The notes under the pieces were generated by a model. The model was not told the origin of the DNA, ran no database searches, and worked only from the letters and a program-made list of their open reading frames with translations. A stretch of 64,000 nucleotides of DNA from Epiperipatus broadwayi (taxonomy: Eukaryota > Animalia > Onychophora): assembly GCA_028023455.1 (NCBI GenBank), contig JAQFVV010000007.1, forward strand, positions 6,820,001-6,884,000. The letters run 5' to 3'. The position numbers were made by a program, and so were the translations under genes. Below are positions 1 through 13,480 of the stretch, piece by piece (positions within the stretch are counted from its first letter, which is position 1; each line of letters starts with the position of its first letter).

Positions 1-3000
1 TTTAAATAACAAAAACACAATATTTATTGCACATTTAATAATTAAGCAAATATATAAATTATGTATAAATTGTCTTCATAAAAATGCACCACTCTTTTAA
101 ATTTTTACTTTATTCCAATTTTCTAACTATTTCAAATAACTTGCAGTCTTCATCAGAGTTCATGTTTTTACCTCTGTCATTGTGATAATTTCTGGAACTT
201 AATATCAATGGATTGCAAACAAATTCTATTATTTCTAATCCTCAAACTTTTTATAAACTCCCTGAGCAATAAACCAGTAAGTATTATAATTTTTAATATT
301 ACACCCTGAATATTATTGCCTTTTTGTTTTTTATTTTAGAAGTTTAAAGTTGAGTAAGTTTTTTATTTCTGTTATATCTCAACTTATCTTCAACTAATCT
401 ACTAGTTCAGATTCCTTCTTATCTTGATCAGATTGAGCATTCATTACCATAGACCAATAGGTATATAAATAGATAAGATATATCCAATAAGTGATGGATT
501 TTCAGTAAATCTGATTGCTTTCAAGATCTGGCAGTAAATAGGTAGTCCAGTTGGAAGTCAAACAACAACAAATTACTGACAGAGCAAAACAGCAGAATGC
601 ACACTATCCACTGTATTACTAAAGCAATGAGGAAAGTTCACGATAAAACTGGAAACTGCTAGATCATAAACTAGATATGGGCAAGCTGTCACAGTACAGC
701 TGAAAGTGTTAAGTAAACCCAGAAAAGCAGCTGAAGTTCCTTATAGTAATAGTTGCATGGCAACTAAATGCTATACCAAGCCAACATATCAGGTGTACAA
801 TATAGAAAACATTACTGTATGTAATCTGCATATATATTATAACCAATGAAAATGAATGATTGATGAACTAATAACTAATAAACCAATATATAACAAGAAC
901 AATAAAGTCATACCCATCAAAAAACATGATTTGACTTAAACAATATGATGACACAGATTAACAACAGTAATGACAATATGATAGGCTAAGCTCAGGGTTC
1001 TCATATATAATATATGCTATAATAAAAAGAGCCATAGGGGTAAAAAAATAATAACACTAAGCATTGTAAATATACTAATTAACATTTAATAAATTTTAAG
1101 AGGAACTCTCAACTCACTCTTACAAACTACAAATGCTCTTCATATTGAAAGCATATCAAAAAGAGTAGTTAGATTATAATATATTCTTTCTCATAACATA
1201 TTTTTAAATACCCCCTCCAATATAATAACACATCTCACAACCACTATTCTCAACATTCATTGCAATGATCTGATCCACAATTCAAAACCCTTGATAAAGG
1301 ATAATGTTTCTTAGGTTTTATTTGTGCCACTTTACTTTTCAAAATAATTTCTTTTGCCAAAAACAATTTCTTTTGATCATTGATTATAATAGTAAGATCT
1401 CAGAGTTCTTTATTAAATATTTTTAATATTAAAATTTTCACTCTTTTATTTTATTTGTGAATTATTAAACAATGAATGGCATCCTAGTGAAAATATGAGG
1501 AGACATACTCTTATTCCTAAGATAATGTCTACCTAATTTACAATAATAATAATGACAAATTTAAAAGAAAATATTTTAATTAAAATAAAATACATAGAAA
1601 CTCTTAATTTAGAATAAAATAATAATCTACTAGGATAGCATTCAAATACCAAGAGTGGATAAGGGATTTTATGGCCACTCAGAATATCCTATTAACAATT
1701 CATACCAAATCTTTCTTATAACTTTAAGATAAATAATTTAAGCATTAAATTTATAATGAATAATCAATTACAATCTTATGAGTAAGCAGATAATAATTTT
1801 ATCACAAAGGCAGTCTTCTTTTAATAATTGCACATGGATTAAAGTGATTTTTAAAAAAAAATAAATCTTTTATTTCTTAGATGCATTCTTAACATCTGTA
1901 AACCATTCTAACAAAGTGATTATTATCTTCAATTTTATGTGCATGTACTCTTAATAACTAAAATAAAATATAATTGTATCATTGATTATATAATGTTAAG
2001 ATTTCTGGATAAGTAGTATGTGATTGAGATGATATTAAAGCTATACACAAATTTAACAATAAAATAACACTTATTTAAATACTAACGATGATCAAAAAAA
2101 AAACAATTTTGGAAATCTACAATCTTCAAATTAAGCTATTCAAACATTATGCCATACAACTTTACTGCATAGGAGAAATAAATTTTAGAAGTTTACAGCT
2201 TATGATAATAAATATATAAATTTACAAATTAAATGGTCATTGACTATTGTGAATTTGTCTGACTGATAAAAGCCTTTTATTAAACATGGGCATTATTACA
2301 AAGAAGTTCTACATTTTTATATAACAATCATACTATGACATTGTTCCAATAATGAGTACATTTAAATACCAAGCATATCTTAATAATACAATGATGAATC
2401 AATGCTAGAAGTGATGGATATTACTTATTTAGGCCTATAAATACAATTTTAAATTTTTAAATAAATAACTATCAGTTTTATGTTCTGCAATACTGGCAAA
2501 GCACAGCAAGATAGATCTACACATCAGAACCATCTCTAACCTACACTCAGAGTATTCAAGAGTGCAACTGAAGAAAAGATGATGTTCTTCAAAAACAAAT
2601 AACAATATCAATTGCCAAAAATAATAAAGTCATGGTGGTACACCATATATAGCTTCATACAAGATATACATAATATAATAAATCTGAGAGGAAAAGATAC
2701 ATAAGGCAATGAACCTAATGATGACATGAACTCAAAAGAAGCACCTACATTTTGAGGGCAAACAAATATGCTAGGACTTTTGTCTCTGAACATATGGGAA
2801 AATGAAAATGAACCACCAAAAATATTAGGAACAATAGAGACTGCCTTAAATAAAGCATTTATGCTAAATATGAAACATGAAAAATATCACTCATGGAAAA
2901 TACTATAATAGAGAGACAAAGCTATAATCTCTTTATAAAAATATATGTGCTAGCAAAATAAATACCCACAAGAGAACAAAGCTACCATCTCTTGGAAAAT

Positions 3001-5850
3001 ATAATGGCAAGATAAGCATAAACAATAAAACAAGAGACTAATACAATCTCCTAAACAAATATAATTATTAATTGATGTATAAAACTGATAACAAAATTAT
3101 TTGCCAAATCTGGCCTGAAATAAACAATAAAATAAGAATATACAACATCTTCACTGGTTATGCATAAACATATTCATTCAAATAGATAAATTACTCATAA
3201 TAGGGGACAAAGCAACATTTTAAAATGATAGAGTATTATAAATAGAAAATATTTTGTGAACTTCTGGATATTACAGTTGATAAATGATGCATGAAATATA
3301 TCAGACAGAAGTACATATTATAAATAAATATAATACATTAAATTGCAAAAGCATAAAATTATAATTTAAAATTATATCCAGTTTACCAAAATTTAAATAA
3401 TTAAATGTCCTTCATCCTGGAGGGTTCATCATGATACAGTTCTGCAAACAAAATTTTCTCCATTTGTTGAAAATACAGCAAATTTAAAACTAGATGTACA
3501 GCATTCAAAAATATTTCTATAAGCAAGAGATTTCCTGACAACATAAGCACACAAACATATTAATGGCCATTCAATTTCATAAAAATCATTTTTAAATATG
3601 GCTCCAGCAATTTCTGGTATAACATTATGTTAACTTTATATTCATCCATAGAAAAATATAATTTAATAATGAGGTCTAGGAGCAAATATTATTTAAAGAT
3701 AAAGCAGGTTTCCTTAGAGCAAGAGTTTGAAATTCATAACTATAGCACTAATAATAACAAAGCATACAGTAAAGCAGGTTTGTAATCAAAAGTTAATTGT
3801 ATAATAACTTGAATAATAATTCATTAAAGCATTTTATATTTCTTTTATAACACATATATGACTGTTTCAATTATTTTGTCCAGACATAGTTAAATAATGA
3901 TAGCAATGAATTTTTAAGTAATAAGTCCATTACAATGGTATAATATTACTTTTTCAAACATAAGTATTCAAGATATAATTTTCCAATAAAAGAGTAAGTT
4001 AATAATTTTCATTTTTACAGACTTGGGAGATATTTTCCTATCTAGCCTGTATTAAACATAAGTTAAAATATTCATGAGTGAACATCTTCACTTGTACAGC
4101 AAAGATAATAAATAAATAATTATGATAAGTAATTAAAATGTCATTTCAAAATTAATAAAGAGGTTCTACAATCCAGAATTAAAATAGTTCATTTATTAAA
4201 AATGAATTATCCTAGAGAAAACCATTGTTAAAATATAATAATATTAAAATAAATATATTTCAAAGAGATGTTGCTGGAGACAAAACATTTCAAAGTCTTT
4301 TGATAAATTTATTACTCTTTCAGCATTTAAATTTTTTTTAAGCAAAGTCATTGAAAATATTAAGAACTGCTATAAGTATTGAAAACATAAGTCTCTAACA
4401 TTCTTAATATTGTGGCCAAAAGAATATTAAATTGATAATAAAGTTTACTGTAAATAAAAAAAATTGGTAATCAATAAAAGTTCTTACATTAGTGAGGTAA
4501 GCCATAGAAAATTCCCATGACATGTTAATTCTGCATAAAAGTAATTCAGTAGTTGTAGAAAAATAACTATTTAAATTTCCCATCATGTTTTTTTAATAAT
4601 GTAGATTTTAGACTTCCCAATAGACTTAGCTTAAAGTTTTAGCACCTGGATTAGAACTTATTTAAGGATACATATTTACTTTAACAAAAATAAAATTGAT
4701 TAAAAATAATTAAACTTATAATTATTAAAAATAATTAACTCTGCAATCAAATAATAAAAAATAATTAGAAAAGAAAATAAGCAAGTTTTTCTCTCCTTCC
4801 CATACATGTCTAACATCTTTCCTTTCTCCTTTTATATCTCCAATCATGTGATTGATTTTATTGATTGAAATTGACATTTTTAAATCACCTCTACTTTTCC
4901 TATATTAAAGTTTAAAAATTAATTTGGTATCTGGAAAACAAAGCTAAAAATAGAAACTCATTTACATATTGTCTAGACTCTTTAATTAAAATATTTTAAC
5001 TAAGACAATTATTTATAAAATTATAATTATTACAAAAAAATAAAATATTACAGAATAAAATTACTTGTTTTGAAAACAATATTAATTTACATTATTCTTT
5101 ATAACAATTTTATACCTTATTAATTAAATGAGAAGTTCTCCAGAATACCTTTTATTGTTTTAAATTAAAGATATTTAAGAATAATATTTAAAGATTATAA
5201 ACAAGGAAGTGAAAACGAAATTAAAAATGCATACACCCACATATTTCTCTAAAGTTTTTTTAATTGAAAACTAATAACTTTTAATAATATTAAATTAATT
5301 CTTTATCTTTCTATAATTAACATACCTTAACTTTATTTTCAGTGATTTAACTTTATAATGATTAGCATGAATAAAAACATACTTTTATTTATAAATAACT
5401 TAAATAGAAATGCTTTTATATAAACAAGCAAATTAAATAATAATACTTAACATTAAAGATTTAAACTTAGCTATTATTACAGTTTAATTTAAACATTGAA
5501 TTTTAATATACTAGAAGCTATATAAAAATAACTTTAGCTTTTAAGCATTCAACTTATTATTATACAGGGAAATATATTCCTAATTTAGACAAATGAAGGT
5601 CACTTATAACTACAGATGGGTCCAAACCAATACAATAAAAATATTAAAAATGATTTTCAAAATAATTAAGACTTATAAACATTCTTAGAATGACTTATAA
5701 AATGAATTAGCATTTAACTATAAAGCCCTGTTAAATTAATTTGCAATAAAAATTAACTTATTGAAATTTTTTATATTTAGACAAATTAGATGGCTGAAAG
5801 TTTAGCTTTACTGGTAAAGCTAAAGTTTACAATATATATATATATATACT

Positions 5851-6327
5851 TGCTATATATATATAATTGGATTTGAATTATACAAATAAAAGGATTCAAG
5901 AAATCCCTGGGGTAATTGATAACTTTTATCTAGTAATAATTTACTTACATCTATAAGTGGACCCTTCTGATTGGAGATAAGCCTTGCTCTCGGAGTTTAG
6001 AGATTTCATTGGTAAAAATAGACTTTAGAGAACAATAGCGATATACAGAGAAAAGAAAAACGCCCTCCCAGGAATCCGGGCAGTCGCATTTCAGTTCCAC
6101 GACCAGGAAGAAGGAATAACTTACTCATCGGAGAATAATCGGATAAGATATAAGAGCCGACGGATAAGGCAACAACTTCGGGAGATTGATATCGTAGCAC
6201 AGTGCAGCACTAAGATACATAGGGAGCCTCGATTAAGGCCGGATAATCCCCGCAGTGTTCATAATCCTAACCCGGTCCATAGTGTAACTTCTCGATCATT
6301 CTCCACGGTGAATTTCAAGACATATCA
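5851..6327 (+). repeat. 5' LTR of the Gypsy element
   Basis: Starts tgctatatat, ends catatca; about 20 substitutions versus the 3' LTR (about 96% identity), counted by eye. Confidence 0.97.
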
Positions 6328-6328
6328 T

Positions 6329-6339
6329 TGGCGCAGTCG
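6329..6339 (+). promoter_or_regulatory. Primer-binding site, tRNA-Ser type
   Basis: TGGCGCAGTCG one base after the 5' LTR; complementary to the ...CGACUGCG-CCA 3' end of invertebrate tRNA-Ser. Confidence 0.85.
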
Positions 6340-6432
6340 ACAAACCAGTAGGATATTCAGAAATATATAAACATCGGGAAAACTAGTAATCCGAAATTCA
6401 CAAATTTATAAGTGACGCCGTTCAAATTAAAC

Positions 6433-9400
6433 ATGGCGCAGGTAAACGTTGGAGAATTTGACGTGCATAGACAATCAGAATGGCCTCTATATGCAAGCCG
6501 CATAGATAAATACCTTTTAATGAACAATATTGTAAAGGACGAGAGAAAAATTGCCACTCTATTGTATTTTATGGGTCCAGATGTAATTAAAACAGCAAAT
6601 CATTTATGCAACCTGAAAAAAACAGAAGAACTGAAATATTCAGAACTACAGGACATACTTCAAAAATATTTTGATCCCAAACCAACTAAACATGTAGCAC
6701 GCCTCCATTTCCAGAATCGTAGGCAAAATAGAGGCGAAAATACTCACAAATTCGATATTGCACTACAGGAGTTAGCAAAAGATTGTGTTTTTGGGAATTA
6801 TTTGGAAGAAGCACTATTGCAGCAATTCTTATGAGGCATGTCTGATGGGAGGCTCCGAGAGCAGTTATTAACAATCGATGACCTTACATACAAAACAGTG
6901 ATCAAATCGGGCCTCACACACGAAGCGGCTATGGAACAATCAAAACAATTCCAGAGTGCAACGGCAGCAGAATGGCATCAAATAAACCTCGTGAAACTAA
7001 ATGGAAATGACGAAACGAAGTGTTTCAGGTGCGAAAAATCCGGACATTTAGCTAAAATGTGTAAACAAATAAACTTCGCGGAAAGAAATGAAAATGACGA
7101 AATGAAGTGTTACAGATGTGGAAAATCCGGACATCTAGCAAAAACATGTAAATGGAAAAAGAGTAAATGTAAAAATTGCGGAAAAATAGGACACTTAGCG
7201 GAAGCATGTAAAAACAACAGGCAAGTGGAAATTAAAAATACGGAAACCGTTAATAACGACCAAATAATGTTGACAGTAAAAATATTTGACCAACCATTTA
7301 CCATGGAAATTGACAGCGGTTCTGGAATATCTTTAATGGCTTATAGAGATTGGAAAACAGTAATGCAATTTCACAATCGAACCAGTAATCTAGAAAAAAC
7401 AAATCTGATAGCAAAAGACGTAAACGGGAAGCACAATGAAATAGTCAGGAAAGTTATTGTTCCGGTACAAACAAATAGAAAAATCACTGACCTCCCATTA
7501 TATATCATTCACAGAAAAACAAACCCCATAATTGGAAGAAATTGGCTCAAACCCATGGGCATTAAAATAACTATCACAAAAAATTATGATTGAAAAGGAA
7601 ATACGCAATACATTCCCGTCATTGTTTAAAAAACAACTAGGGGAAATTAGAACAAAACCAGTTGAAATACAGCTTAGGGAGAATGCAAAGCCTATGTTGT
7701 GTAAACCATGGAGAGTGCCATATGCGCAATGAGAAAAACTAGCCAATGCACTGGAAGAGTGGGCGACACCTATAGTAATCATTACTAAGCCAGATGGCAG
7801 TATACGTATTTGTGGTGATTACCAGATAACAGTTAACCCAGCTTTAAATAAAATCAATTATCCAGTGCCAAATGTGCGTGAAGTATTAGCCACTCTCGAG
7901 GGAGCAACTCACTATGCAAAAAAAGACCTTAATGCTGCATTTCACCAAATACCAGTAACAGGAAAGTCAGCAGAGATCTTAACACTGACTACATTTTTTG
8001 GTCTATTTAAATATAACCGTTTGCCTTTTGGAATTACCACCGCACCAAATATTTTCCAATCAAACATAGACCAACTACTCCGAGGAATAAATGGTGTGAT
8101 ACCTTACTTTGATGATATATTAATAACGGCAAATTCAGAGACAGAACTCCAGAGTAAGGTTCATGAAGTTTGCGAAAATCTAGAAAAATCAGGAGCCAGA
8201 CTAAATGAAGAAAAATGTATCTGGAATACTTCAGAAATTAAATTTCTAGGACATATAATATCCAATAATGGTAAAAAACCAATGCCTGAAAAAATACGGG
8301 CTATTAAAAATGCAAAAACACCTCGGAATGTCAAGGAATTACAATCTTTCCTGGGCCTTATTGGATATTTTGAATGTTTTCTTAAAGGAAAAGCCCACAT
8401 TGCCAGTAAGTTATATGAGTTATTAGAGAAAAACCGGAAGTGGAGCTGGGGTAGAATACATGAAGATGCATTCAAGAAGACAAAAAGCTTGCTAACATCA
8501 GATGACCTACTCATAAACTACAATAACAATGAACAGATAATATTAACCACTGACACATCAGAATATGGAGTAGGAACAGTAATAAGTCACCCCACAGATG
8601 AAGGTGAACGACCCATAGCTTATGCTTCAAGAACATTATCAAGGTCTGAACGGAACTATAGTCAACTAGACAAAGAAGCCTTGGCAATCATTTTTGGGAT
8701 AAAAAAGTTCCACCAATATCTATATGGAAGGCATTTTACAGCAATCAGTGACCACAAACCATTACTGGGAATATTTTCGAGGTCAAAACAATTACCCGAT
8801 CACTTGAGCCCACGCATGCTGCGTTGGATTGAAATATTATCTGCATATGATTATTCCCTTGAATACAGGAGAGGCAGCTTTATAACACATACTGACGCAC
8901 TGTCCCGAATACTGGATAATAATGGAAAAACAATAGGACAAGTCTCTATAAACTATATAGATACATGGGAATCAAATGTGTTGAATAGTGAGTTAGTAGC
9001 AAAATGGACTAAATTAGACGATGGATATAGACTATTATGGAATTGGATATGTAATGGCTGGCCAATTAAATGACCCAACAATCTCCCAGTGGCATTCTGG
9101 AAAGCACGAGACCAACTGTCAATAAATAAAGAATATATACTGATAGGCGATCAAGTAATCATACCAGTTCAAGGCCGCTCAGCAGTCTTAAGTTTGATCC
9201 ATGATGGACATCCTGGAATTGTAAGAGCCAAAGCTTTGGCACGTTCCTATGTATGGTGGCCAGGTATAGATAAAGACATTGAAAACACTGTAAAGGCATG
9301 TACAAACTGCCAGTCAACTGCAAATCAGAAACCGTGAACGTATACATCATGGCCAACTGCAACTAAACCATGGGAGTGAGTCCACATAGACCATGCAGGG

Positions 9401-10206
9401 CCTTTCAGAGGAAATTTATTCTTGGTTATAATAGATGCATATTCTAACTGGGTAGAATATAGACTAGTTAGGAACACAGGGTCTAATGAAACAATATCAA
9501 CTCTTAAAGAAATTTTTGCTTTCCATGGAATACCAGAAAGCCTGGTAACAGATAATGGTTCTGGGTTTACCTCAGACCAATTCAAAGATTTTACAAGGGA
9601 ATGGGGTATCAAACACATTTACACTCCACCCTACTACCCAGAGTCAAATGGACTGGCTGAAAAAGCTGTACACCAGTTAAAGCAAGCCCTTAACAAATCA
9701 GAATCTCAACAAGCCCAGAAGTTCTTCAGTTAGCAATGCTTTACCTACATTCCACACCCATAGCATCAACTGGGATTTCACCAGCTGAAAGGTTACTAGG
9801 CCGGAAACTATGAACCAAACTATCACTACTACGCCCACAACATGAGTCCATTGAAACTATGACAGAGGAATGCAATGAATTTACGGTGGGTCAAAGCATT
9901 TGGGTTAGAGATTCCCTAAAAAAAAGTGGACACCAGGTGTGATCTTGAAAATACTTTCAAACAAAATCGTACTCATAGAATCAGAAATGGGCACACAATT
10001 CCGTCACCATACAAACCACATTAAGAAGCGAATAACAAACAAGTTACCCCCCTACACAGGACTAAATAGTGAAATTATAGAAGAAAAGGGAGCTGACCAA
10101 ATGGCTGAAGAAGTAACCACACATGAGAGTAATTCTAAACCAGGAAAAGATAAACCTCAAAGAGTGCGGAAGCCTCCTGTCTACCTTAAAGATTTACTTG
10201 TGTTAA
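6433..10206 (+). pseudogene. Disrupted gag-pol: Gag with three CX2CX4HX4C knuckles, aspartic protease (EIDSGS), RT (YFDD), RNase H, integrase (zinc-binding H..H..C..C, VHID..TDNG..ESNG.AE)
   Basis: ORF-track pieces 6412-6834, 6838-7593, 7865-9073, 9089-9337, 9422-9733 and 9939-10250 join into one polyprotein across six TGA stops and frameshifts near 7580, 9700-9720 and 9920. It ends with an RVRKPPVYLKD motif. Confidence 0.95.
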
Positions 10207-10248
10207 TAAATAAAAAAAAGGGGGGGGGAAACCATGGTTCTCTAAAGT

Positions 10249-10260
10249 AAAGGGGAGGAG
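10249..10260 (+). promoter_or_regulatory. Polypurine tract
   Basis: AAAGGGGAGGAG directly abutting the 3' LTR. Confidence 0.9.
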
Positions 10261-10737
10261 TGCTATATATATATAATTGGATTTGAATTATACAAATAAA
10301 AGGATTTAAGAAATCCCTGGGGCAATTGATAACTTTTATCTAGTAAGAATTTACTTACATCTATAAGTGGACCCTTCTGATTAGAGATAAGCCTTGCTCT
10401 TGAAGTTTAGAGATTTCATTGGTAAAAATAGACTTTAGAGAACAATAGCGATATACAGAAAAAAGAAAAACGCCCTCCCAGGAATACGGGCAGTCGCACT
10501 TCAGTTCCACGACCAGGAAGAAGGAATAACTTACTCGTCGGAGAATAATCGGATAGAATATAAGAGCCGATGGATAAGGCAACAACTTTGGGAGATTGAT
10601 ATCGTAGCACAGTGCAGCACTAAGATACATAGGAAGCCTCGATTAAGGCCGGATAATCCCTGCAGTGTTCATAATCCTAACCCGGGCCATAGTGTAATTT
10701 CTCGCTCATTCTCCACGGCGAATTTCAAGACATATCA
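10261..10737 (+). repeat. 3' LTR of the Gypsy element
   Basis: 477-bp direct repeat of 5851-6327, followed by TSD ATACT. Confidence 0.97.
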
Positions 10738-13421
10738 ATACTAACAAATTTAAAGTATCTTATATATTTGTAAATATATTGAATTAGATATTTATATAGA
10801 TTTTATTATATAGATATGATGAGATAATATCCATTCAATAATAAAACACTTTAACTCTTGATGTTACTAAGAAACTATCAATTATTACTAATTGAACAAT
10901 TCCTGAGGTAAAGCAAGTTTTTTTCATAATAGCTATTTTGTTGGGAGTCTTTAAAGCAAAATGGGTCCTCTTTTATTTTAAAACCAAGTTTTTATATGGA
11001 TTTAAACTCAGAAAGCTGTTTATTATAGGTCAGAATGTGAAAGAATAACAACTTTCTTAACATTCTGCAAATATTTTTAATCCAGAGAGTTGTATATGTT
11101 GAATTAAATATTTATATGGATTTTATTATATATATTGTATATATGCATTATATATATACATTAATAAAATATTTAATCGTATTTATGTGAGTCTGTACTT
11201 ATTATATTTTCATATAAACACAACAAATTCCTTCCATTAGTGGCTTAAAAATAATTTCTTTTTATTATTAAAATTACTCATCAATTATATCGCTGGTAAA
11301 AAAGTTTGTACTTATATATATATATAGTGATTAAAACACGTTTTTAATGAATTTAGTTTAACACAGACTTTTATTTCCTAATCATCGGGGGGGGGGGAGA
11401 AAAAAGGAATGATTGTATTAAAACATTTTCACTTTTTTATTGTGATTAAATATAGCTTTCATTATTTTTTCTACCACCAGAGACAAATGTTTCATTTAGA
11501 TAATAAAAGTACAGGTGTAAAGGCTTCCATCTAATTAATAGTTTCAATAAAATGCTGAATTAAAAAAAAAAAGAGAGAGAGGAAAACTTAGAAAAATTAA
11601 TGTTTTTAAAAGCCTGTTGTTGTTTACTGATGTTATTTATTAAATTAATTTATAAATGAGGTCTGGCTGTGAGCCAAAGATAATTGATTGTTTACAATTC
11701 GTAAAACTACGTGTTTTTCTTACTTTAATATCAACTTAGCAGTATTATTATTAGTATTTAGTTTTTATATTTTACAGCAACTTATTTTCTTTAAAACAGG
11801 TATTTTTTTGCAATTAAATTTAATGATAAAGATGGAAAAAGAAATAGTTGAAGAAAAAAAACTACACAGGTGGTAAATCATATAAAGCAAAGTCTTGGGG
11901 CTAAATTAAATAACAACTCTAACACACACATAAACATTTTGGAAAAGTGCTTTGCAAGAGTAGCAAAGAAAGCTAAGCAGACTAATACCCGAAGCTTTTA
12001 AGTAATCTGAGATTTCTAAATTCCTTAATATATACTTTTTCACAAGTTTCAAAAAGATTCTATTGTATTTAAACATTTTGTCTTTTGATTTTTAATACTT
12101 TAGAAAAAAACAAATTAATATACCCTCAAGTAATGATATATTTCAGTAATAAAAAAAATCACACGCACCAAAAGATTTATATATATGCACACAGTAGGTA
12201 TCAATGAAAAGATAACTAATTCGTTCTACAAATTGTCAACCGCAGGATGTGTTAAATGGTGATTTAGTTTATCTATTCACCACAAAATTTTTAAGGCGCT
12301 AGCATATCTGCATCACGATTACGTTATGAAATGTGACAATGCATTTCATATATATATATATGAATCATTTTCAATGCTCTCCATGTCATTATAAAATTTT
12401 GGAAACCATTTGAAAACATTTTTATGACTCATAACTTCAATGCCATATACAGTTCAAATCATTTTAGTAACAGTTTGCCCAATGTAAAATAAAATTCAAT
12501 GTTAGCACGTCCATATACCATGGATTAAAATATGAAATAAGCTGTCACATTTCATGTCACAATTTGTGATCCAGATATGCTTGCATTTATGATTTTTCTG
12601 GTCAACAGATCACCTGTTATCTTTTTATTGGTGCACTCTGCAGATATACTGATTAACATATAAATTAACTTTTGCAAAATAATAATGGAATAGAGATGAT
12701 TTAAAGGGTATTACATGTCTTTAAAAGATGCTGTTATTGTTGTATTCTATGTGTATAATAATGCAATAATCTGACAATAATATTTAACCTGAATTTCAAA
12801 TTTATTTTCTTATGTCTTCAACAAAATTTTTTGGTTTATGTAGTACTATTTAATAAAGAATAGGATAGCTTTATTTTCAAGAGTTCAGAAGAAGCTTGAA
12901 CTTTGAAGTTATGATCCAAGGACCTCAAGTTCCAAAATTTACCATTCTACCACTGCACCAAAACATACAGAACATACTTTTTAATAATAATTGGCCGAAG
13001 CCAACAAATTGGGATAGCTGGCTAAAAGAAAATACCTATTTTCTAATTATGTCAAATTTATCATGGGGGTAGAATAACAAATTCACAAGATAAAAATATT
13101 TAGTGAAGTTAAACAAAACAAATCTAAATTTGGTCAGCCTTCCATATGGGTGCTCAGATGGCATATGGCATTCAGAACCAATTAACCAAAAATTATTATT
13201 TTCCTAACAAATTTAAATCTGTAATTTATAGTATATATGAGTTTATACAATAATCATGCCTTGACATCACATGATCACTATCTCATACTAGCACAATAAT
13301 TGTTATTAAACAATTCAAAACAAAACAACACTCTCCATATAGTAGTGCCATCTTGTGCTAACAAGAGCAATCAATGGATGCCAGAAGGCTTGTGCATAAA
13401 ATCCCTATCTAGTGCCTACTC

Positions 13422-13480
13422 ATCCAATATCCCCAGACTAGTTTCTGGCTTGTGGCCTTCATCAGTGAGGAGCCTTGGAT
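13422..13480 (-). ncRNA. Minimal type I hammerhead ribozyme motif (left arm)
   Basis: Exact reverse complement of 14073-14131. Confidence 0.75.

Larger units (their letters stand above)
5851..10737 (+). mobile_element. Full-length, inactivated Ty3/Gypsy LTR retrotransposon (Mag-like)
   Basis: Two 477-bp direct repeats with TG...CA ends; 5-bp TSD ATACT at 5846-5850 and 10738-10742; PBS; PPT; domain order gag(CCHC)-PR-RT-RNaseH-IN, which is the Gypsy order. Single gag-pol frame, Gag start MAQVNVGEFD..EWPLY and paired CCHC knuckles resemble the Mag clade. Confidence 0.97.

Noticed and set aside
2910-3070. Three ~60-bp degenerate repeats that might suggest a CRISPR-like array
   Set aside because: Units are too diverged, there is no constant repeat with unique spacers, the context is eukaryotic and there are no cas genes; an ordinary minisatellite.
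4600-5830. Very AT-rich stretch with a mitochondrial tRNA-Lys-like start (attagatggctgaaag) and a 10-bp hairpin at 5801-5824; possible NUMT
   Set aside because: No complete tRNA fold, no mitochondrial rRNA landmark and no protein frame could be found.
6357-9618. Minus-strand ORFs overlapping gag-pol (e.g. 8161-8514, 7498-7782, 9325-9618)
   Set aside because: Antisense shadows of the coding strand with no recognisable domains.
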